NCBI RefSeq assembly: GCF_009914755.1
Contig: NC_060928.1
Direction: 5' to 3' (one strand)
Length of the DNA: 64,000 nucleotides
Origin: the human T2T-CHM13v2.0 reference genome, Homo sapiens
In this document: positions 1 to 16,255 of the stretch, piece after piece
How the letters are laid out: the number at the start of each line of letters is the position of its first letter
How positions within the stretch are numbered: the first letter of the stretch is position 1
Made by a program: the position numbers and the translations under genes
Notes under the pieces: model-generated
Told to the model about the DNA's origin: nothing
Databases searched by the model: none
What the model saw: only the letters and a program-made list of their open reading frames with translations

Positions 1-654
1 CATTGTCCCAGTCTGAGTGTGTGTATATGTGTGTGTGTGTGTATGTGTGCCCTGCATGGAATGACCAAGGCGGGATCCTGCCTTGCCCCTGAGCTGCTGA
101 GAGAGGCTCCAGCCACCTGCTACCCTGAACTGGAATAAGTGGGTTGGGAAATGAATGAACACAACGTATTGTCAAATAAAAATTTGTAAAGTAGGCGGCG
201 ATCATACAAATACTCAGCAATAAACATTGCAGTAAGGAAGTAGAAGCACTCAGAGGGCCGGCCGCATTGGTGATTGTTTTTGAACCATGTGGTGGTAGGA
301 GATGCTCCGGACAATTTTCTCTTTGCAAATAAGTATTGCTTAATTTAACTCTCCACCACTACGGCCTCTGTCACTCACTGATTCACCACAAATTTAGTAA
401 ATAATTATCTTACTTGCTTTTATTAATCTTTATTTTAAACATGTGTATAGCTCACATTTATTTCAATATTTAATATTAGAAGTGCTTTGTTTCTTACTTA
501 GAAGTATGGTGATGTTTTTATGACCAGAAATATGCCATAGGAACTTAACTCTTGTTTCTATCAATTAGCCAATGGTAATATTGTTTTCATTATAAATCAT
601 TTTGCCTAAAGTCACAGTTTTCAATAACTCATCAACCACATTGAGGACTTACTG
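1..654 (+). mobile_element. TcMar-Tigger non-autonomous DNA transposon (MER82/Tigger13-like), cut by the window start
   Basis: CCTGAACTGGAATAAG and AAATAATTATCTTACTTG blocks and terminus GAGGACTTACTG resemble the recalled consensus. Confidence 0.65.
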
Positions 655-1818
655 TGTATAGCATGTTGTAAAATTGATCTGCATAAACTACTAATAAGAA
701 TATTAACACTTTAATGGGCAGAAGATTAATTCACTTAATTTTCTGAAGTTAAATTTACTTAACCACAACTTTGTTAAATAAGCACACATTTGCTCTGTCA
801 ATGTTCACCATTGAAAGTCCAGAAACACACATGTAGTCAAAAAAAATCCATGTGTATCAACAGTGCTGCTGTGGTAACAAGAAATAACCACAGGGCATTT
901 TTGGTAAGATGGAGTAGGAAAGGGCGCATCATAGAGTTCGGTTCTGTGCTGGATGATTTTGCAGGAGATTAAGGAAGTAAGGCTTTGTTCTGGATTGAGT
1001 ACTGTCAGAAGGCATGGGAAGTTCAATAATTAGGTATTTAAAAAATTTTTATTTAAGAGGCATTAGGAAGGATTAGGAGCTCAGGTGTCATCAGTAAAGA
1101 AACAACAGCCACTCATGTTTGCTGGGAGAGGAGGGTATTTGGTTATTTTAGCGATTGTGTTGCATCCCTGTCTCTGTGCTTGCAATTATTGGGCAGTGGT
1201 TTTGTTTTTAAGTTCTACTGTGGTGGTGAAGTGGCCCTGTTTGGCCCTTCTTGGTATTCTGTGAGTATAGTTTTTATTCAGTGGGGAATACTATGGTCTA
1301 GCTGTCAGTTTCAAGAGCTGTTTTATTTTGTTTTTTCTTTCTCAGATCATTTATTTCCACATTCAACAAATATAAGTTTCTGGATGCGTCTGGCATTGTG
1401 TGACATTCAAGAAATAGATTGGAAAACAAGACAGCCAGGTGCAGCTCAACTAGCATAAAATGATCAAGGGTATGACTTTGTACTTCAAGTGCCCAGATTT
1501 AACTCCTGGCTTTATCACTTACTGTCTCCCTGTGTCAGTTATTAAATAATACTAATTTTCAGTTACCCATCTGTAAATGGAAATAATAATAGTACCTCCC
1601 TCAGGAAATTGTTACTGATATTAAATAGGTGTTAATTATAATCATCATCATCACTAGGGAAGACAGCTATTAGATAACAAATCATAAAGCCATTAAATGT
1701 TACGAAAGAGAAACCACAGACTGATATGGTAGTATATATATATATCAGAGGGACCTAAACACCTCTAGAGGAATCAGGGAAATATTCCCCAAAAAGAATG
1801 CTTAAAGCCCTGAGTACA

Positions 1819-2145
<327 letters not shown>

Positions 2146-2148
2146 TTA

Positions 2149-2676
<528 letters not shown>

Positions 2677-4769
2677 TTAAGCAGGACTTTAAGGTCATAT
2701 TAGAGATTCTCAACTATGTCCAAAAAAGAGCAGCAAGACACCAATAATAACAGCGTCCTCCCTCACCCCACACCCTTTCCAGGAGCCACTGCTCCGTAGC
2801 CACACTAAGGGGCTTGATTTTTCATCCTTTATTCCCCTCTCTGACTCCCAGACATGCTCCCAATGAGGATGAAAGGGTTTGGATTGTTAGTTCTGTCGAC
2901 CAGGAAGGCCCTGATTTGTGCTCAGTGCTGGTGGGGGTGGGGGTGGGAGATTTATTTAAAAAGAAGAGGAAAGAAAAAAAGAGATCTCTATAGGCAAGTT
3001 AGCTTTTCAAAGTTTCAAATAATAGAATATATGCCATGTGTTTCTTTTATCTCTTTATCCAGGTATGTTTGACATTATATTTTAGATTTGGATTTAAGAG
3101 TCTAGTATTCCATGGATTTTCTTTTATCCGATGCCCAGAGATTTTTAATTTTTTTCAATGTCTTCAATGCATTCAGCTTCTAAGTAATCTAATTGATGTG
3201 GGATTATTAGTGTGCAGACGAATAGACTAAAATATAGATGTAGATTTTTTTCAAATTACATATTTACATCTATAAAAATCAACTCAATGAAAAATGTTAA
3301 AAGTATAGAATTACTTATAAATAATTCTTGTTTGTGACTCCTTAAAATTAGTATAATTTTCTCCCCTAACTTCAAGGATTGTGATAAGAATTACATGGAA
3401 TAACATATCTAACGGATATTCACTCTATGTGTATATTACCTTCCCTTCTGCCAAAAGGACTGTTCTTAGGAGAAGCCAAGACTAACCACATGGAGCTGAC
3501 CCATTTAATCTGTATCTTTCATCTTCCTCAGTTTGATTTGGAATTTGTCAGTGGTAGGATACTAATGGAGTTGATATTTTTGGCTACAATTAGAGTATAT
3601 GCAAGAAGGTTAAGCAAAAGCACCAGTAAATGCAAAGTTGTTTTGGATTCCATTTCTCTTTGAACTGTGTCCAAAAAAGAGCAATCAAACACCAATGCAC
3701 TTCCCAGTGAAAATCTATGCAGTTATGAGTCCACAATAACTTGTCAGACTTTGTCTAGGTGGAGCTGAGCTGAAAAAATAAATCTAAAAAAATAAACTGC
3801 CCTAGGCTACCATTCCTGTGATTTATTTGAATGAAAACACAAAATTATCTGAATGCATAAGGAAATTATTATATTAAGTGATCTAAATAAGAAGAATTCA
3901 ATGTCTGGAGAGGAGATGACTGTTTTTTTTCAAAAGCACCAGAATTCCTGCTGACATCACTTAGAATCATTAGTCTTCCTATAATTATTTCACCTTCTCT
4001 TTAACCTTGTGTTCATGCCTCCATTTGTCTACATTTTTGTCTTAACTGGACAAAAATCACACAAACTCTTTCAAAGTTGTAAAACCAGCATATTATTATT
4101 TAGATTTTTACCAACTTGAAAATCCAGTTGGTAATTTTGTCTTTAAATGGGAGGTATCTGAATTTTTGAATAAAATTCAGTTTTGCAATATTTTACTTTT
4201 ATAAACAGCAATAAAATGCATCAGAAAGATCCATTTATATCAATAGTTCTGAGAAACACATACTCTAAGAAATTTCCAGATGGTATCATGGATTATACAA
4301 CAGAAGTATTCATGAGCAAGCCAGAATTGAAATAACACAATGTCTTGTTTTACCTATGTGACATGTACATGAGGTAAATAAATTTTCTTCCCATATGGTG
4401 GTTTGTATAGGTGGGGACATTGTTTGAAATGATCACACATACTTGCACGCTATTCATGCCTGGGCTTTTTTCACTGAAGAGGAATGACTAAGTGTGACTA
4501 CAGCAGCTCACGAGGCCAAGAATTCCAGGAAAGTCTTCTTGCCTGCCCAGGTGCAATCTGTCATTGGTTCAGGGATAGAAATCCTTTCTGATCATCTTCA
4601 TAACCCCCGGCAACTCAGAAAAGTTAGTTAAACAAGTAGTCTCTCAAATTGGATATTAGTTATCCCAAGATGGCCAGCAAACAATAGCCAGTGGCAAAAA
4701 CACGTGACTGATTTTGCCATATATTCCTCACAAATATAACTTTATATAATCCCTTAACCCTGTGGGTAT

Positions 4770-5075
4770 CAGTCCCGGCTACACATTACTATCAAATTTA
4801 GACTTAAAAAATGTCTATGCCCAGGCCCTACTCTAGACAAATTAATCAGAATTTCTTAGAATGAGATTTGGTGTTTAAAATCTCCTCATGATGTTTATAT
4901 GCAGACATGGCTGGGAACAGTGGCCTCAAACAATGGAATCACTTAGTGAACTTTATAAAGTAGAAATACTTGGGTTCCACCCCCAAGGATTCAGACTTAA
5001 TGGTGTGGAATGTGGCCTGAACATGAAGAGTTTTAAAAACTCCACAGATGATTCCAATATGCAGCAAGGCCAAGA
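4770..5075. mobile_element. Two adjacent MER5-type (hAT-Charlie) fragments
   Basis: TGCCCAGGCCC..AATCAGAAT.. and CTCCACAGATGATTCCAATATGCAGC blocks; boundaries approximate. Confidence 0.55.
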
Positions 5076-5289
5076 TGACCTTATAGATGTCTGCCTCCTC
5101 TCTTTACAGATCTGTAGAAATCTAGGAAGAAGAAGGCTCTTAAAGCAGTGGCTCCAATATGGGGTCCCTTGAGAAGCAACAGAGATATTTATAACTATAA
5201 TAATTCTTCACATTTATTTTATATTCAGTATATTTCATAGTGTTTTCCAAGGCATCACATCATATTGAATAATCAGTATGGAAATATTT

Positions 5290-5607
5290 TATTCTTTATT
5301 ATTATTTAATTTTATTATTTTTTCAGAAGCAGGGTCTTGCTCTGTCCCCAGGCTAGAGGGCAGTGGAACCATCATAGCTTACTGCAGCCTTGAACTCCTG
5401 GGCTCAAGCTATCCTCCCACCTCAGCATCCTGAGTAGCTGGGACTATAGGCACAAGCCACCATGTCTGGCTAATTTTTTTTTTTTTTTTTAGAGACAGTG
5501 TCTCACTGTGTTGCTCAGGCTGGTCTTGAATTCCTGGGCTCAACGATCCTTCCCCTTCGGCCTCCCAAAGTGCTGGGATTACGGGCATAAACCATGGCAC
5601 CCAGCCT
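5290..5607 (-). mobile_element. Alu (J-type)
   Basis: Reverse-strand dimer; TSD TGGAAATATTTT on both sides. Confidence 0.93.
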
Positions 5608-6999
5608 GGAAATATTTTTTAATTAATCTAAAAAAATGCAAAACTGATACCTCTCTAATGTTGCCTATTACGTTCTTGTATCTACTAGAGTTTAACTCAT
5701 ACATAACTTCTCTAATAAACTACAAGTTGTTTAAGGTTAATTTCTATATCATATTATCTTTATATACTGTACAAGTGTTCCATAAATGTTTTAATCTGAT
5801 AAATGTTCAGTCAGTTTCTCTTGAATGAAAGATCGAATAATTCTGTTTGCTCCGATGAATACTATTAAGCATCTCCTCTGGGCTGTCTGACGCAGGCCCT
5901 CTAAATACAGTGGACTTTAAAGCTCCTAGCTCCTGTTTTTAAGGAGCTTACACTACAGGAAATGTATGAAATACTGAGATCTCAACTTCCAGGACGAATC
6001 CATGCCTCACATCTGTACTGACATGCCGTAGCAGAGCTCCTGGACTGGCATGAACCAAAAAAAAAAACAGGAGACATATGCCTTTCTCTTGACTAACAGA
6101 CAATCAAGAATCAGCCTGTCTTAGATTGTTGCAATCTTTCTATCATTTTAAATCAACAGCTTCCTATTACTTTGAGCTTCCTCACACAAGAGACTTAAGC
6201 ACCACAACCAAAGGAATGCATTAGCAATGCTTAGAACAAAAACCTGAAGTCTTAGCAGATGATGCAAATGCCTCAGGATGTCATGTAATCTATATTCAAT
6301 CTCTTCATAGGAGAGATTGTACCTGAGTCTTTTATTTCTACTGGTGATTTACACCTGCAATATTTAAGATGAAGATATGTGCCAGGGAGATGTCTCAGCA
6401 TGCATGAGTTTAAAAAGCAATTAAAATAAAACTGTATGTGTGCATGTATAATAATCACCCATCAGCAACTCTAAGAAGAATAAGGGTGGCTTTCCCTTAG
6501 GTTAGGTAAAATTGAAAAAGTGGCTAAGGAAACCCTCAAAAAGCCTGCTGTTAATCCAAGCTCTTGTACTCCCACAACGTGCTCCAGTGTCAGAGCTCAT
6601 TTATCATCCTTTTAAGCAAAGATCTAACGAGTGCTGCACTCCCTTTGCAAGAAAAACAGGGCATCATCAGAGAGACTGATGGAAACTATAACCTGATTTG
6701 AAAAGCAGCCTCATTGGCCTTTATGATTTCAAGACTGTCCTAGGGAAGGAGGGGAAGAAGTGAAAAATCATACATCCCCCTAACCTTACTCCAAGTTGCA
6801 TCCTGATTCACAGGCACCTTGTCTGCAGGGTAGACCAGGTAAGACTTGGCCAAAAATAAATGTGCTTATAGCTACTAAATTCTACTTTGGATTTTACAGT
6901 TTAATTTCATTGGATTTTGTGATCCAAACATCTTTTATTTTCACAGCCAGGCCGAATGGGAAAATGGCAGTGATACTGTTAAAAAAAACTCTGCACTTC

Positions 7000-7436
<437 letters not shown>

Positions 7437-8669
7437 TTAGTCCAAATATAAAAGTGATTTATATGGATAAAAAATGTTAGTCTGCTTTTAAGTTCAACTT
7501 CAGTAGAATTATTTATTATAATAGCCATAATTATTTTTAAAAGCACCTTGAAAAAATTTCAGTGTGGCAATCATTTAACCAAATTACTGAGGCAAGAATC
7601 TCAGAGTCTAATCTAAAATTAGTGGGCTTTTTTTGTTAATATTTCTTACCATGTTTCTACAAATGTTCATCTTAGGTTTATTGTGTTTCAAAAACAATAG
7701 ACATCACCCAATACCTTATTACCCTTTTGAAATGAGGTAATAAAAAGAGCTAATTGCTGGGGAGGAAAAAACTAAACCCTGAATATTCAAACAGCTGATC
7801 TACATTAGGTGTCAGTTTCCTTTTCTAAGGCAAAACAAGATGATGATCCACTAACTGCTTTTAAAGATTGTAAACTCACTAACAGGATATAATCATCTTG
7901 GCATGAAGATTGCATAGAGGAGAATTTGGTTACTACTAAATAGTTAAGATGAAAATATCAGCTGATACTTGATATAAAGGCAAGATAAGTTTTATTGAAA
8001 GCACATTTCTGCATTGCAAATATTAACATTTGAAGGGATAAATAGTTATTTTGTTTTATATTACTCAGCATTTTATTATTCAGAATTCTCTACTAATTGG
8101 CACTTCTGAAAATTTCCAGTACAAGGGTAGTTATTAATCATTATTACAACCCTGGAATACTGAAGCATTGCAAAACATTATTTTAAAACTAAGCATATTG
8201 TATACTCTAGTACTACTTGAAAATAAACAATACTTATGTAATTCATGTTTAGCATATCTTAATTAACCATAACACTATTCCCTAAGAATTCCAGATATAA
8301 GGCTTCTTATAAAATATATCTGTTTGAAGAATTTCCCCTTAAGTAACATTAGTTGAAAAAGATTTTTTGTCATTGAGGCCAGTTAGTAAAGTAAGTTACA
8401 TGGAAGAAAAATTATTAAGTATTGGTCTCAGACTTCAAGTGGCAATGAATTTGACATCATTGGTTTCACTTGTCCATCAATTTCCAGGTATTATAGATAG
8501 TTTCTCATTAAGGTTGGTCCTTTTTGACTTGTCTGTGAATTTTGCATTTGGAGAATAATATTTTACAGCACCATTATGGAATTGAAGCACAGATGTGCAA
8601 TGGGGGAAGTGCTTACAAACTATAAGAGTTGTAAGACCTCACTCACTAAAGGCATTAAAATGGCATTTT

Positions 8670-8840
8670 TTTCAAAGTATAGTCCTTGGGCCACTTGCAT
8701 CAGTAATCACCTGGGGTGTTTCTTGCACATGTGAATTCCTGGGCTCCACTCTAGATCAAATGAGTCAAAATCTTGTCACAGGAATGGATGTTTTTATTAA
8801 GTGTCTCAGTTGATTCTTAACTCAGGCTAAAGACTAAAAA
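8670..8840. mobile_element. MER5-type fragment
   Basis: ATCACCTGGGG...AATTCCTGGGCTCCAC...TGAGTCAAAATC pattern; approximate. Confidence 0.5.
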
Positions 8841-9003
8841 TATTTGCCTTAAATGACATTTTTCATAATTTTTAAGATGAAAGTGCTATAAAAACTGGAA
8901 CTACTAAAATATTTAGACTCTTTCTGACTAACATGACTGTCTCTGATGGAGCTGTATCAATAATATGCCTTATGGAGCCTCTAAGAAACTTTTCCAAAGT
9001 TAC

Positions 9004-9148
9004 ATGGTGATGATGATGGTGATGGTGGTAGTGATACTGATGACTATGGTGATGATGACAGTGGCAATGGTGATAATGGTGATTATAATGGTGGTGAGGG
9101 TAGTGATGATGATGAGAATAAGAATGGTGATGATGATGGTGATGATGG
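9004..9148. repeat. Degenerate (GAT/GGT)n trinucleotide repeat
   Basis: ATGGTGATGATG... visible directly. Confidence 0.9.
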
Positions 9149-9190
9149 AATCACATTAATTTTGACCAGGCTGACTCCTTTTCTTTCCTT

Positions 9191-9619
<429 letters not shown>

Positions 9620-10164
9620 TCGCTGACTCTTGAAAAAATTAAATACAAGGCTCATTTCAGAGCCTTTGCACTTATGTTCCCACTGCCTAGATTTTAAATG
9701 GCTTACTCTTCATTTCTGCTCAAAAATCACCTTATCTGAGAGATCTTCCCTAACCATTCCCAAATTGTATCATCTTCTCTTACTCACTAGGGCCCTCATT
9801 TGGATTTGGATTTTTCTTCATAGGTTTATCTTATATATTTATTTACTAGTTTAATTTTTCCCCACTAAAATGTACGATCAATTAGAATAATGTATTCATG
9901 TGTTTTGTTCTCTTCCTTATTCCCAGTGTCTAGTACAGTAACTGGCACGTGAGAATGCCTTATAAATATTTGTTGAAAGTGAATGAGCCAACATACACAA
10001 TTATTACATAATCTCTTAGCAAACACATGTATTAAATCATATGAAAAGGATCTGAAACGTGAACCTGTAGAACCCCAGTTTGCCCATGCTCCAGCAATGT
10101 TGCCTCCAGAATGAATGTGCTAAAGGTAAATTTATGTTTTAACATTTTAAGACATTCCCTAATA

Positions 10165-10745
10165 AACTGGTCTCTCTGCTTCCACTATTGTCACATTCGA
10201 ATTCATTCTCCATACAGAAGTCAGGGTGATGCAATTACATCATTCATCTTTTTAAAACCCTTTGATGGCAGCCCATTGCATCTGGGATAAAAGACACCCA
10301 CGGGTTTGCATGGTCTAGCTTCACCTGAACTCCCATCACTTTGATCTTTGCCTGATCAGCTCCTCCAATACTGTCAACCCTTTGCCATCCTAAAAGCTAC
10401 ATCTGTATTATCTGTACCTGGACTACTCCCCTACCCCTTTCCTTGGCAAACTCCCACTCCTTCTTCATATCTTAGCTGAAATACCACTTTTTCTCAGAAA
10501 CCTTTCTTGACCTTGATATTTGAAGAAGTTCTCCTTGAAATATTTATAGACAGCATTTTGATTTTCTTCCATAATACTTATTAAAATCATATAGTTTTGA
10601 TGATATAATTATTATTTTAAAAGTATTATCTCTATTAAGTTCTAAGTTCCATTTCACAGGATGTTTGTGTGTTTTTTTATTCTCTAGTAATTAGCACAAT
10701 GTAGTACGGGTTCTTAATCAAGACACATTAACCGAATGAATGAAC
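10165..10745 (+). mobile_element. L2 3' fragment
   Basis: Pyrimidine-rich L2-like body ending in GAATGAATGAA; approximate. Confidence 0.55.
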
Positions 10746-11337
10746 TATGCAAAACTAACCTCTGGTAAGAGCAGCGTTCCGATGGCTATTTTATTCCACT
10801 GTGAATGCTGTTGAAGTTTCCAGAAAGCTAAATGATTTTTAAAATATTCATTCTTTATTCTCTTTTTATTGTTAACAGTAATTCTCATGCATTATCTGGT
10901 TATTTGCTTTAATCCTTTAAAGCCTTTCTGAGATAATTTTTATTGCCAATCTATAGATGAGGCTCACTGCTAATGATGGGAACCAGGACTTGTGTCTAGT
11001 TCTGTTGACTCTAAAGCTTATGGTTTAACTTCCACACTGTACTGCCTCTGTCTCTGTTTCCTTTGTGAAGCCTTGAACACTTTTATCTATACCTGGGGAC
11101 GCCCTGAATTCATATTCATTAAAAAATAGTTCTTCTCTGTTCACGAATCTTTACAAAATTTAATGGAAGTAAGCTAAATCAGCCTACTTCATCAATAAAT
11201 ACTGCAATAGAAAATTCAATTTATTAATTCATATATGGTACTTTGTTTGTAAGTTCTGGGTTTGGGGCCTTAAAAGACAAATTAGTGCCTTACTTATTTT
11301 CTCAATACTATGTCAAACATTTTAATGAGTACAGTGA

Positions 11338-11372
<35 letters not shown>

Positions 11373-12429
11373 GTTGCCTAATATGTAAGATTTTTATTTG
11401 GCAGCCACCAGGTATGCTAAATGCCAGACTTAAACATGTCTCTGCATGTATCACTGCATTTGCTCTCTCTGACCTCCTTATGGCATTCATGCTGATAAAT
11501 AAGGCTCCCAAGTCAATGAAAATGCCTGATCAGCTATGGAATTCGTAACATTATTCACTATGAATCAAAGTTCATTTGATCACCACTGGCATTCTGGATA
11601 TTGACCTGAGTCCTCCTAAATTGTCCTCACTTATTTCAAAGTAAACCTCAGTTGACATTTTAAAATCTTGATTAACAGGAAATCAATTGACTCTGTTGAA
11701 GTAAGTGAAAGGCAAAATTTCTTTGTGCGTGAAAGTCCACTGGGACTTTAAAAACATGCATAAATGATGTGTGAGTCACCAATGCGAATGAGTTTATTAT
11801 ATATTACTGTGATTTTAACTTTAATGGCAAATTTATTGTTAGACAATTGTACTTATTTTAAAATCATTGTAGAATTTTAATACTGTGTACCTTTATTTTT
11901 ATTTTAGCTTAGACCCCCAATTATGACTATTCTTTCTTAGATTAGGACAATATGCTAAGACAGGAAATCAGAAACTTTATGACTAGCAGCCTTATCTATT
12001 TTGCTCTATGATCTTCAAGAAAAACTAGGGATAGCATTTTAAAAGTTTAGAATAAATTGGCAAATTCCCAACATTTTTCATTCCCATTAAAAGTAGTAAT
12101 TGGCCCATTTGGCAGGCCATGTAGGTTTCTTAAAAGTGAGGAGTGTGAATGGCCATTCAGCTTCTTATTTTTCCAGGCTTACTAGATAAGTGTGTGCTAA
12201 GGTGAGTATTTAGACTTTAATGTGTAATTGAAACCTCCCATGTGTCTCATTAAACAGCAGATTGTCATTTAGGTTTGGACTCAAGATTCTGTCTTTCTGT
12301 CATGCTCCAGCAGATACTGGTGCTGCTGATTTTTAAGCCATTGTGTTCATGATCTACACAGAATAAGAGTTTGGTAAAGGCTGCATTAATTGAATTCACG
12401 ACAATTGATTCCATGAGAGCATCCATGGT

Positions 12430-13130
12430 CATTCTCTCATTTGTTAAACAAACGTGCTGAGTGTCTACTATGTTTTAGGTACTGTGTTGTGTACTAGGTG
12501 TCTGTTGTCAACAAAACAGATATACAACAACCTTTAAAGGCCATAATAGTGAGAATCAGTTGCGTGTCAGTCCTGTCTCTGCCTCAGAGACTTGTGAAGA
12601 CAAATATTAAAGAAATAAAAACATAAGAAAATACAGGACTACAAATTCTTACATGTGCAATGGAGAGTGTAATTAAAGAGGCTCACAGGTCTATACTGGG
12701 GTGTGCAGAAGTTAAGTTTCAGCAGGCTTGAAAGGTGCCTAAATGTTAACCAGATGAACAGGGGAAGAAGTGTGCTTCAGGCAGATGGGATGTCTTAGGC
12801 AGGGATCCAAAAATATAAAATAATTTAGCCTCCTCCTGAAACGTAGAGATGGCAAGTGTAGCCTAAGTATGGTGAAAGAATAGAAGGAGCAAAGAAGTGA
12901 GGTTGGAGTTGAGTGACCACCTGATTTACTTTCAAACAATACTTTTGATGGTATAACCAAGGCGTGTGATGACACCCTAGTTTAGACAAGCAGACAGAGG
13001 CCAAATCATGCGGGAGCTTTTGGGTATAATGAAGTTGTTGTTTCCTCATACAGAAGGTACTAATTGTAGGAGTAACATAATCCCATTTATAATTTAATAG
13101 GTCACTCTGGAGGCTATAGATGTATGATGG
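12430..13130 (-). mobile_element. L2 fragment
   Basis: CTGAGTGTCTACTATG...GGTACTGTG and GTCACTCTGG blocks typical of L2; approximate. Confidence 0.5.
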
Positions 13131-13424
13131 TAAAATCAACCTTTTAGTTTTATTTCCAAGCACTTTTGGTTTGCTTCAGAAGAAGCAGTGTCAAAAGGAC
13201 ACTGAATATTAATATGAACAAAACTCAGTTCATATTTTTATTTACCTGTTTGATGTGGGTTCATGAGATTTATTTGCTGTATATGGCACATGTCTTACAT
13301 AGTATTTCTATTTGTTTAATTTAAGGACTTAAACACTAAGTAAGAAATCCTAGTAGAGAATTTTAAGATTCCTGGAATAGCAAGCATGAAATACATTACA
13401 AGAAATTTTAATGCTGGGAATATA

Positions 13425-13518
13425 TTAAGTTGGTGCAAACATAATTGTGGTTTTTGCCTTTTTTTTTTTGCCATTGAAAGTAATGGCAAAAACTGCAATT
13501 ACATTTTTGCCAACCTAA
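13425..13518. mobile_element. MADE1 (Hsmar1-derived MITE)
   Basis: TTAAGTTGGTGCAAA...CAACCTAA palindromic TIRs with TA on both flanks; small T-rich internal insertion. Confidence 0.9.
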
Positions 13519-15295
13519 TAAATATGATGAACAAGCTATGATAAAAGACTTGGGCGAACATAGGTGAGTATGCTAGATGCCTGGGGTGCAGAAATAGACG
13601 TTCGCAGAAGTGACAGTCTTCTCATCTGTGACCACTGAAAAATTCAAATACCTCACACACATGATCTGGAGAGACCTGTGGGATACTTTAAAGTAACTAA
13701 TTAGGCTTGCATTTTAGAACTGTTTCAAAGCACTTCTTTTGGCACGACTAAATGCCATCAACTTTTTGCGTCTTCTCTTCAAGAAGTGACTTCTCCCTTC
13801 CTTCCAATCCTTTCTAAATAGAACTAAATGCTGACAATTGACGATGCTCTCCTATTAGAGTGATTCTTATACTTTCGTCACCTCCCTAACTTTGATGTGT
13901 CACACTCTCCCAGCCAAATCAGTTTCTGGAGTGATTTGGTTGCTTAGGGAACACAGTCACTCTTTCAGGACACTTAAGGACTGCTCATGTCCCCCAAGAA
14001 CTTGGTGTGTGTATATGGGTGTGGGAGTGAGGGGGTTCAAAGAACCCATAGATTCCATTATTCCCCCTCCCCCAAACCCTCGCTCACACCCTCTGATGCT
14101 AGTTGACTCATTCATTCTCTATGACCCATCATCTCCTTTGGAACCTGTCCATGTTTTCCCCGCCTTCCCATTTCCTCTGCCTGGAGCTCTAACTCTAAGA
14201 CAGAGAAATGCTTTCCTAAAGAGATGAGTGATATCACATCCTTTTCTAAACTGTTTTTTTTATCCCTAGCCCATGCTACACCCAGCAAGCTTAATTCCCT
14301 TTGTGCAAGTGATCTCCTCAACATTTGTCCCTGAATCAAATGTTTTAAATGCATGATGGCAACTTGCTACTGAAAACAGTTCTCTGAAAAAATGCTTTAA
14401 AATATAGAAAACAAAGTAAGGAGTTATTTCTGTCTGCCCACTGTCACGTATAAATAAAGAATTTTTATCTATGCTGTCAGCCAAAATGGATGCAACTGTA
14501 TGAGACAAGTTCATTTGGCTATTTCAAGTCGTACATGCCCCTCTTTTGAGGGACAATAACTAGGGGCAGATGGAGCCATTGGACACAAAAAAGTCATTTT
14601 CTGATATTATCTACTTCTATGAGGCAACATGTCTTTTAAAAATAAGAAAACTATAACTTTTTATATTTGTTGCCAAAAAACACAATGGAAAACAGCTAAA
14701 TACAATAAAGAAAAAAAATCACCCTTAATATAATCACCCAATCATGAGCAAGGCTACTTTTGGGGATCACTCATTTCACATTTTCCAAAATGAGTTTCCA
14801 TGTTCTCATACTGGGACAGGGCTAGAGATGAGGGTAGGGAAAACAGAAAGACAATCATAGCCAATGCATCAAAGTGTTCCCAAGTGGGTGTATTAGATGA
14901 ACATCATTTCCTTGTCCATGCAGGATATCACAACAGCCTCTGTAAAGAGAAAGAAAAGAAGGTGGTAAGGGGGAGTGAAAGCAGAGGAAGGCATATGAAC
15001 AAAACTCCTCTATCCCTACATCTTCTAGACACTTCCTGAAATGAGAAAAATCAAAGCATAAAATTTCATAGAGCTTACTATATTAAGTAATTCACCAAGT
15101 CTCTTCTGGGACACATGAACCTGGTTCTCCTTGTGGATGTGAGATGCCCATAGGTTGTTAACCTGGATATAGAAAGGATTTTAGTCCATTCTATTCAGTT
15201 ACAAGAGTGTGGCCAGACATATTTGTAATTCTGCCTTCTTCACAGTTCAAATAACATCATCTGGTTATTAGTACCACCATATGCACACTCTAAAA

Positions 15296-15856
15296 CAGTA
15301 GTCCTCAACCTTTTTGGCACCAGGGACCAGTCTCATGGAAGACAATTTTTTCCACAGACCAGGGGGTGGGGGGATGGTTTCAGGATGATTCAAGTGCATT
15401 ACATTTATTGTATACTTTATTTCTATTATTATTGCATTATAATATGTAATGAAATAATTCATTATATATTATATTCATTATATATTATATAATGAATTAT
15501 AATGTAGAATGAGTGAGAACCCTGAGTTTGTTTTCCTGCAGCTAGATGGGTCCATCTCGGGGTGATGGGAGACAGTGACAGATCATCAGGCATTAGATTC
15601 TCATAAGGAGAACACAACCTAGATCCCTCATATGTGCAGTTCCCAAAAGGGTTTGCACTCCTATGGGAATCTAACGCCTCTGTCGATCTGACAGGTGGCA
15701 GAGCTCAGGTGGTAATGCAAGCAATGGGGAGTGCCTGTAAATACAGGTGAAGTTTCTTTCACTTGCCAGCCATTCACCTCCTGCTGTGTAGCCCAATTCA
15801 TGGCAGGCCATGGACCCAACTGGTATTGCTCCCTGGCTTGAAGGTTGAAGCCCCTG
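15296..15856 (-). mobile_element. MER1A (hAT-Charlie), near full length
   Basis: CAG...CTG termini, characteristic body, 8-bp TSD CTCTAAAA / CTCTAAAT. Confidence 0.85.
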
Positions 15857-15899
15857 CTCTAAATGACTCCTAAGGCAGTATAACATGCCCTAAAATAAT

Positions 15900-16255
15900 T
15901 CCAGGCTCAGTGGCTTTGCACTTGCCATTCCCTCTGCTTTGAATATCATCCCCCTAAATATTTGCATGGTTGTCTCCTCATCTTTCATCCAAGCTCAAAG
16001 AGAACTTTCCTGACACTTTTAACATATGAAAGCCATCATCATCTCAATCCTCTTTATCTCATTTTTTTAAACTGTCGTACACCATTTGGAATTGTTATCT
16101 TTATTTTTATACTAAATTGTTGACAGGTTGTGGCCCTTCATTGTAGTAAGAATAGGAGCCTTATCTGTCTAGTTTAAAGCTAGTTTTCATCTATAAATGC
16201 ACCTGGCACATAGTAGGTGCCAAGTAAATATTTATTGAAGCAATGAATGAATGAA
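15900..16255 (+). mobile_element. L2 3' fragment
   Basis: CCTGGCACATAGTAGGTGC..TAAATATTTATTGAA..AATGAATGA L2 terminus. Confidence 0.65.

Noticed and set aside
2931-2948. G-rich run as a G-quadruplex
   Set aside because: Only three runs of three or more G; weak candidate.
8965-9159. Met/Val-rich ORF
   Set aside because: Translation of the (GAT/GGT)n repeat.
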